Positions 58,088 to 64,000 of a DNA stretch of 64,000 nt are shown here, piece by piece; position 1 is the stretch's first letter; every line of letters begins with the position of its first letter. The notes beneath the pieces were generated by a model. It saw nothing but the letters and a program-made list of their open reading frames with translations. It had not been told where the DNA came from and searched no databases. Source of the stretch: Bdellovibrionales bacterium (GTDB taxonomy: Bacteria; Bdellovibrionota; Bdellovibrionia; Bdellovibrionales; JAGQZY01); NCBI GenBank assembly GCA_964230645.1, contig CAXRHT010000002.1, positions 832,001-896,000 on the forward strand. The letters are read 5' to 3'. Both the position numbers and the translations under genes were made by a program.

Positions 58088-59996
58088 TCCCTTTACTTAA
58101 TTGACAAGCCTTTAGAAGCAAGGATTTTAATTCTTTCACCCTAGCTTCAAGCCCCTTAGTATCTTTAAAGTCTTTCAGGTAGGAGGTGGGTCCAAATCCA
58201 AGCACGCCAAAGAATTCCATTAGTTTTTTAAGAGGCTCTTCAATTTCTCGGCGCACACTCGGATCCGTCTTAGTCAGAACTTTTTCGAGCTGTTCGTTTG
58301 AGCCCCCCTCACCAGTAAGATCACCAAGAACTCTGTAAACTGTGTTGGTCGCTTCAATACCCACGGCCCGAATCTTGTTTTTACTCAAATGCTTATCGAT
58401 TTTAGAAAAACGGGCGGCAATCACTTCTTCTGTGGTCGGATTTTTAATCAACCACCCAGCATCTTTAATAAGCTTTCCTAACGCCAAAAGAAGAGCGAGA
58501 GCATATAGAATAAACCAGTAGTGATACTTGCTTGAACGAGCTACAAAATCAGGGTTCCACTCATTAACAAGACCGGGCAAAATAATTTCTTTTTCATTAG
58601 CCTTGAGCCGCTCTTCCCCAATGGACTGCTGTTTTGAGCCAGGGAGAACTTGCAGCTCTATGGGATCTGACTCCATCAAAACATACTCCCTTTTTTTAGG
58701 ATCAAAATAACTGGATTTTAAACCCTCAATTTTCAAAGGGCCTGGTTTATTGGGAATCAAAAGAACTTCAAACTCCTTAAAGCTCTGACCGTTCTTAAAA
58801 AATTGTGACTCATTCTTAATGTCGTATATTTCTAGATTATCACTTAAAGGGAGTTCTGGAAGCTCAATCAGCTTCGCGTTGCCTCGCCCTTCAAAACGCA
58901 CTCTTAATGGAAAAGGCTGATGGGTAATGATCGACTGGCTTGGAGCATCGACCGTCATCTGAAACTCTCCCACCGCTCCGGCAAAATTTCCTGGTTTACC
59001 TTCTTCAGGAAGAGGTTTTACAAGGATGGGTATATTATCGCTGGACTTTGTCGCCTGGTGACCTCGCCCAAAACCAAAACCACCAACGATAGTGGCTTTA
59101 GCTTTATAGGGATCAATTTTCCTTTTCCCCTCTTCGATTGGAAAAAGAGCGTAGGAAGCTAAAAGGGCGCGGCTGTAGGGAACGCCATTGATAACATCCT
59201 GCTCGAAGTTGAGATGAGTGGCGATTTGAATGTCTTCCTTCCAAAATCCTTTTAGCGTTGGATATTTTAAGGTGTCGATGTCACGCACTCGGCCTCTTGT
59301 GTAGAGATACCAGGAGGCTAAAATTTGCTCGCCTTTATAGGCCTCTGTTTTATCGACTTCCGCGATGATAAAAAAGGCGTCTTTTCCCGTAGGGGGTTCG
59401 GTTTGAAAACCTCCACCAGGAACTCCGCCGAACTGACGGCGTAAAAGTTGATTGAACATCTCTTCGGCTTCTGCGAAGGGATCATCTGGTTCTGTAGGAA
59501 AGGGATTAGCCCCTCCTTGCCCAGGAACCTGGCGTCTTCTCTGCGGCCGTTGTGCCTGAGGGCGCCCTTGGCCCGCTGCTAACACTGCAATTTGAATGGG
59601 TTTTGTCTGATAGGTTTTACCACCCACTTCTACACGAATGGGATCAATATTCACCGTCCCCTCTTCCATGGGGGTGTATTGATAGCTATAAATTTTTGAG
59701 TTCACTGTTTTAAAATCAATCCCCTGGCCTGTGCTAACAACGGTGGAGCGTGATTGACTGCTCGTCCAGGAATGAAGCAATTGAACATTTTCAATGGTGG
59801 GAAGACTCGGTGGAGTGACAGGAGCACTTTTCTCGGAATCAACGCTCACTTTTAAGGTGAAATTACCACCCACCGGAACTTGATTTCGATCCACAGTCGC
59901 CTGAACTGAAACTTGGGCCTGAGCATTTGAAACAAAACCCATCAGCAGAAAGGAAAGTATGAGAACGGAGGGGCACCAGTTACCAATCCTTTTCAC
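58035..59996 (-). CDS. batD: BatD family protein
   Basis: VQATVDRNQV, YKGEQ, AVGEF, GRGN motifs; Bat operon context. Confidence 0.85.
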   Translation of the reverse strand: MKRIGNWCPSVLILSFLLMGFVSNAQAQVSVQATVDRNQVPVGGNFTLKVSVDSEKSAPVTPPSLPTIENVQLLHSWTSSQSRSTVVSTGQGIDFKTVNSKIYSYQYTPMEEGTVNIDPIRVEVGGKTYQTKPIQIAVLAAGQGRPQAQRPQRRRQVPGQGGANPFPTEPDDPFAEAEEMFNQLLRRQFGGVPGGGFQTEPPTGKDAFFIIAEVDKTEAYKGEQILASWYLYTRGRVRDIDTLKYPTLKGFWKEDIQIATHLNFEQDVINGVPYSRALLASYALFPIEEGKRKIDPYKAKATIVGGFGFGRGHQATKSSDNIPILVKPLPEEGKPGNFAGAVGEFQMTVDAPSQSIITHQPFPLRVRFEGRGNAKLIELPELPLSDNLEIYDIKNESQFFKNGQSFKEFEVLLIPNKPGPLKIEGLKSSYFDPKKREYVLMESDPIELQVLPGSKQQSIGEERLKANEKEIILPGLVNEWNPDFVARSSKYHYWFILYALALLLALGKLIKDAGWLIKNPTTEEVIAARFSKIDKHLSKNKIRAVGIEATNTVYRVLGDLTGEGGSNEQLEKVLTKTDPSVRREIEEPLKKLMEFFGVLGFGPTSYLKDFKDTKGLEARVKELKSLLLKACQLSKGNEDFDSKKRRKKKDQET

Positions 59997-60675
59997 GATC
60001 AGCCTCCCTTTTTCCCTTTCTTTCGTGTTTTGCTCGGATTTTCTGTTCTTGTTTTTTCAACTCTTCAAGAATCTTTTTAACATCCCCTTTGGACATTTCT
60101 TTACTTTTAAACTGATTGGGTTGAGGTTTATTGGTGAACTTCTGAGGTTCTTTGGGCTGATCTTCGCCCTCACCCTCTTTTGACTGCTCTTTCTTATCCC
60201 CTTTACCTTTACCCTTACCGCTTTGAAAGAGAAGCTCGATATTTGTTTTCACCTCTTTTGAATCAGGGCGCACGTTAAGAGCCAGTTGATAATACTCCAA
60301 AGCCTTATCAATACCGTCACTGAATTCCTTAAGGGAGTAAAGAACACCCAAGTTAAAATAGGTGGCAAACTCGATTTCAGGGGGCAGAGGTTTTTGCTTA
60401 AGAATCTCCTCATACATTTGCACGGCTTTTTTCTTCTCTTCAGTGGCAATAAATGAAAACCCCATATTGTATTGAAAAATGGGATTAAAAGGGTCTTCGG
60501 TTAAGAGCTGAGTGAGCTCCTCTTGAGCTTCCAATGATTTTTTATCCTCAAGGTAGTTGACCGCTTGGTTATTATTCCAGATATCAAAAACATCCATGGA
60601 GGCTAGCCCCTGAGAGCTTGCAAACAAGACAGGCATAATCAGTAAGCCAAATTTTCCATACGAAGTGTTAGCCAT
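59980..60675 (-). CDS. batC: TPR protein (BatC-like)
   Basis: TPR motifs (YFNLGVLY, ALEYYQLAL, KTNIELL), C-terminal KDW. Confidence 0.78.
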   Translation of the reverse strand: MANTSYGKFGLLIMPVLFASSQGLASMDVFDIWNNNQAVNYLEDKKSLEAQEELTQLLTEDPFNPIFQYNMGFSFIATEEKKKAVQMYEEILKQKPLPPEIEFATYFNLGVLYSLKEFSDGIDKALEYYQLALNVRPDSKEVKTNIELLFQSGKGKGKGDKKEQSKEGEGEDQPKEPQKFTNKPQPNQFKSKEMSKGDVKKILEELKKQEQKIRAKHERKGKREADREKDW

Positions 60676-61729
60676 GGGAGACGAACCTTCCTTTCCAATT
60701 CTTTAATTTCTTTTTACGAGTACCGATAAAGAGTTCCACCAGAGCCAACAAGAAGGCTAGAAATAGTGGAAGTTGGTACTTTTCATCAAAACTCTCCTGA
60801 GAAATAGAGTCAAACTCTGACTTTTCAAGTTTATCAAGGTCTTCTTTGAGTCGTTTCATCTGAGAGCCACCAAAAGTGACATGATAAAAACTTCCTTTAC
60901 CGGCTCTAGCGATTTCTTTCATCGACTCCGCGTTCACTTTTGTGATCACTTCATTGTTATTGTTATCTTTCACGTAGCCTTTTAAGTAGCCTCTTGAATC
61001 TCTTTTAGGAATTTTCCCACCTCGCTCAGAGCCAAAAGCCATGGTAAAAACCCTCACTCCTGATTCCACCAAGGTTTTAGCGGCGGTCACAGCGCCTTCC
61101 TCATGATCTTCTCCATCGGAAATGAGAATCACCACACGAGTCATAGATTCCTTCGGCCCCACATTCTCACCGCCTCTTTTAAAAGCTTCTTTGGCTTCAT
61201 TGAGGGCTTTAGCAAGCTCTGTCCCTTGTGTTTCTACACTTTGTGGCGAAAGAGTTTCTAAAAACATTTTAAGGGCGGATTTATCAGTGGTCATGGGAGA
61301 GAGTAAAACGGCCGAACCAGCAAAAGCTAAAATCCCCACCTTATCACCCCCAAGAATATTGAGAAGATGATTGATTTCTTTTTTGGCGTGCTCAAGACGC
61401 GAGGGCTTTACATCCTCGGAGAGCATACTCTTTGAGACATCAATGGCCACCATAAGCTCCACACCACGGCTTGTGATTTGGCGCTTACCTTTACCCATTT
61501 GCGGCCTGGCTAGAGCAATGATCATAAAAGCCAGTGCGAGGCTCACCAAAATGAACTTCAGGTTACGGCGCACATGGGAGAACTGATCCGTAAAAAAACC
61601 AAAAAGCTTCGGGCCAAAGGCTTTCTTAAGGCGTGACTCAATTCTTTTGTTATTGATCACAAAGTAAAGGGCCAAAAGACCAAGAAGGATGAAGGCAAAG
61701 AAAAAAGACTCATTAGCAAAACGAAACAT
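60668..61729 (-). CDS. batB: vWA domain protein BatB
   Basis: ALARPQMG, DVSKSM MIDAS, FAG, SDGEDH. Confidence 0.85.
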   Translation of the reverse strand: MFRFANESFFFAFILLGLLALYFVINNKRIESRLKKAFGPKLFGFFTDQFSHVRRNLKFILVSLALAFMIIALARPQMGKGKRQITSRGVELMVAIDVSKSMLSEDVKPSRLEHAKKEINHLLNILGGDKVGILAFAGSAVLLSPMTTDKSALKMFLETLSPQSVETQGTELAKALNEAKEAFKRGGENVGPKESMTRVVILISDGEDHEEGAVTAAKTLVESGVRVFTMAFGSERGGKIPKRDSRGYLKGYVKDNNNNEVITKVNAESMKEIARAGKGSFYHVTFGGSQMKRLKEDLDKLEKSEFDSISQESFDEKYQLPLFLAFLLALVELFIGTRKKKLKNWKGRFVSHG

Positions 61730-61730
61730 C

Positions 61731-62735
61731 TTAGAGCCCCCTTCTTAAAACTGTGAGTTGTAAAACAACACCAATGGCATAGAGGAGCACCCCTAGGAAT
61801 AAATACTTTTGAAAAAGTTCCGTGTAGCGTGTGAAGCGATTCTCCTCGATTTTACTTTTCTCAAGATCGTTAATATCAGAGAAAACCTTTTCTAGATTAT
61901 TGGTATTGTTGGCGCGGTAGTACCGCCCGCCGGTCTCATCAGCCAGTTGTTTTAGTAGCGGCTCATTCACTTTTGAATGAATGGGCTGGTAACGCTTTAC
62001 TTTGCGTCCAAACATATCTGTTGAGTATATCGGGAGCTGTGCTTGTCCGTCTCGGCCCACACCGATGGTGTAAATACGAACACCGTATCCTTTAGCAATC
62101 TTCAAAGCCATTTGTGGGTCAATGAGGCCTGTGTTGTTTTCCCCGTCTGTCAATAAAATCACGATCCGTGACTCCGCCGTCGACTCTTTAAGTCTTGAGA
62201 CGGCATTGCCCAGTGCCACCCCGATGGCTGTACCCATTTTAATATTGGTTGAAGTTTCAACCTCTTTTAAGTTTTGTTGGAGAAGCTGATAATCAAGAGT
62301 TAAGGGAACACGAGTGTAAGACTCTCCAGAAAAGACGACCATACCTATGCGGTCTGAGACACGTTTAGAAATAAAGTCACCAATGGTTTTTTTCGCTGAC
62401 TCCAAGCGGTTTTCAGGTTTCATGTCTTCAATCAGCATAGAGTGTGAGATATCAAGGGCCACCATAATATCGATTCCCTCAACATTGCGGTTGACCTTCT
62501 CGTCAGTCTCCTGAGGTCTTGCTAGAGCAATAACAACGAAAATGAGACCCAGATATTTTAAAAAATCAGGGAGGTACTTTAAGCGAGCTCTGATACCCGG
62601 ACGAATTTTCTTTGCAATCGGTACAGTACTTAGTGGCAAAGCCCCGTAACGAGACTTTCTTCGATAAAATTGAATCAGGGCTGCGACCAGCAACAGAAGT
62701 AAAAGAATAAATGCCCAACTCGAATGCCATACCAT
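61731..62735 (-). CDS. batA: vWA domain protein BatA
   Basis: ALARPQ, GIDIMVALDISHSM, GTAIG, LTDGENN, TGGRYYRA. Confidence 0.88.
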   Translation of the reverse strand: MVWHSSWAFILLLLLLVAALIQFYRRKSRYGALPLSTVPIAKKIRPGIRARLKYLPDFLKYLGLIFVVIALARPQETDEKVNRNVEGIDIMVALDISHSMLIEDMKPENRLESAKKTIGDFISKRVSDRIGMVVFSGESYTRVPLTLDYQLLQQNLKEVETSTNIKMGTAIGVALGNAVSRLKESTAESRIVILLTDGENNTGLIDPQMALKIAKGYGVRIYTIGVGRDGQAQLPIYSTDMFGRKVKRYQPIHSKVNEPLLKQLADETGGRYYRANNTNNLEKVFSDINDLEKSKIEENRFTRYTELFQKYLFLGVLLYAIGVVLQLTVLRRGL

Positions 62736-63703
62736 TACGTGTTCTTCCTCACTTTCCAAATATCTTGAGAAACTTTCTTAGCCATTTGGGTCAGCTGCTT
62801 ACAATCATGAACTTGGATTTTATCGGAATCTTTCCTGGCTCGATCGAGCTCACTTAAAAACTTTTTAAGACCTCCACCGTAAGCCGGGAATTTCTTTTTA
62901 TCTTCCTTGCTCAACGAACGGACGACAAGAGAAGAGTTCCAATCAAGAGCCGGAATATAAAACTCTCTTAACAGGTACATTCTGAAAATTTCATCCAATC
63001 TCTCAACATAGTTGAGTTTTTTATGCTCGGACCAAGATTCGTCACTAAAAATATACTGTCGACTGAGAGTTCTTAGGTCTTTATTGAACTGATTAAAAGG
63101 CCCAAGGGCCGTGTTGTGCTGTTTTAACTCATCAATCACTTTCTTCATTTGCGCACGACGGTTCAATCGCAAGAGAGTGAAAATCAGGGTTACGATCACA
63201 AAGGCAGCCAACACTAACCAAATCCAAAAAGGATACTGCAACTTCATTGCGAAAAAGGGCCCATAGGGTTTTTGGCCCTTTTGTTTGATCACACTCTTAA
63301 CCGGAAGCTTAAAGGGCTCGACTCGAACCACTTCCACATTTTGATCAGTGAGGAAAAGTTTGTTGAATTCGTGAGGCTGAGGAACGTAGGTCGTGGCTTG
63401 CGCCTCAAACGAGGTGGCCGTTTGTTTTTTAACATCAAGAATTTTTAGATGATACTCCGTCTTGCCTTTTTCTTTTGTTCCAATCTCTTTGGAATAAAAT
63501 TCGGCCTTGGGTCCGTTACAGATAAGATAAAAAACTTCTCCAACTGTCCACTGCTCATCTTGCGGAGTTCCTTCCACACGACAGTTCCACTTCGGAAGAT
63601 CATTAATGTCTTGAGGACGATAAACCTCAACACTCTCTTCATTTTGAGAGTTTGCCTCTTGGTTTTCAGGAGTCTGCTTTTGGGTTGATTCTTGAGCCAT
63701 CAA
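62735..63703 (-). CDS. Membrane-anchored hypothetical protein of the Bat operon
   Basis: Single TM; lies between DUF58 and batA with overlapping stop/start. Confidence 0.7.
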   Translation of the reverse strand: MMAQESTQKQTPENQEANSQNEESVEVYRPQDINDLPKWNCRVEGTPQDEQWTVGEVFYLICNGPKAEFYSKEIGTKEKGKTEYHLKILDVKKQTATSFEAQATTYVPQPHEFNKLFLTDQNVEVVRVEPFKLPVKSVIKQKGQKPYGPFFAMKLQYPFWIWLVLAAFVIVTLIFTLLRLNRRAQMKKVIDELKQHNTALGPFNQFNKDLRTLSRQYIFSDESWSEHKKLNYVERLDEIFRMYLLREFYIPALDWNSSLVVRSLSKEDKKKFPAYGGGLKKFLSELDRARKDSDKIQVHDCKQLTQMAKKVSQDIWKVRKNT

Positions 63704-64000
63704 CCCTTCCTCTTTTTAAAGTAGTTGGCAAGAGGCTGAATAAAATCCTCACCATTGATGACTTCAATAAGATCCACCCGTGACTTTCGAAGCTCGGAAC
63801 TCACATGCTCGTAATAATCTTGAAAACCTTTGGTGTAGTATTTTTTAAAAAGTGGAGAAGAAGTATCAAGTGTTATAAGGTCTCCCGTCTCGGGATCGAC
63901 AAAATCCACCATGCCGATGGCGGGAATGCGCTCTTCCACAGGATCAGAAATTTGCACAGCGATTGTTTCATGACGCCTGTTCAACCGTTTTAAAGCTGTG
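63700..64000 (-). CDS. DUF58 family protein, C-terminal part (runs off the window edge)
   Basis: RHETIAVQISDPVE...DPETG...FKKR; frame open to the window end; Bat operon context. Confidence 0.85.
   Translation of the reverse strand, partial: TALKRLNRRHETIAVQISDPVEERIPAIGMVDFVDPETGDLITLDTSSPLFKKYYTKGFQDYYEHVSSELRKSRVDLIEVINGEDFIQPLANYFKKRKG

Overview
A 64 kb gene-dense bacterial chromosome segment, most likely from a Bdellovibrionota-type (predatory deltaproteobacterial) genome. This assignment is inferred from the gene content, an FQNC-type lipoprotein protease and many secreted orphan proteins. Housekeeping blocks are: zapA-ygfA-rny-ferredoxin-iscS-iscA; ftsY; glyQS-ppdK-smc; mrp/apbC; an AcrAB-OprM-type RND pump; three lytic transglycosylases (MltD, RlpA, Slt); and a DUF58/BatABCD operon. 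I saw no tRNA, rRNA, CRISPR array, transposase or integrase. The most unusual signals are non-coding. (1) Two copies, at about 12.7 kb and 25.8 kb, of a rod-like element: an 88-nt core conserved with compensatory base changes, carried on long perfect stems (46 and 42 bp) that differ between the copies, and bounded by TGTA...TACA motifs. (2) A third, unrelated 35-bp perfect hairpin followed by 21-bp tandem repeats. (3) An apparently stand-alone c-di-GMP-I riboswitch with its own promoter and terminator. (4) Four REP-like palindromic repeats that bracket small orphan genes. On the protein side, an FHA + MotA/TolQ-like + Asp-TM coiled-coil operon lies divergent from an operon of two Cys-repeat lipoproteins and a subtilase, and a 2Fe-2S ferredoxin with a long basic tail sits directly behind RNase Y.
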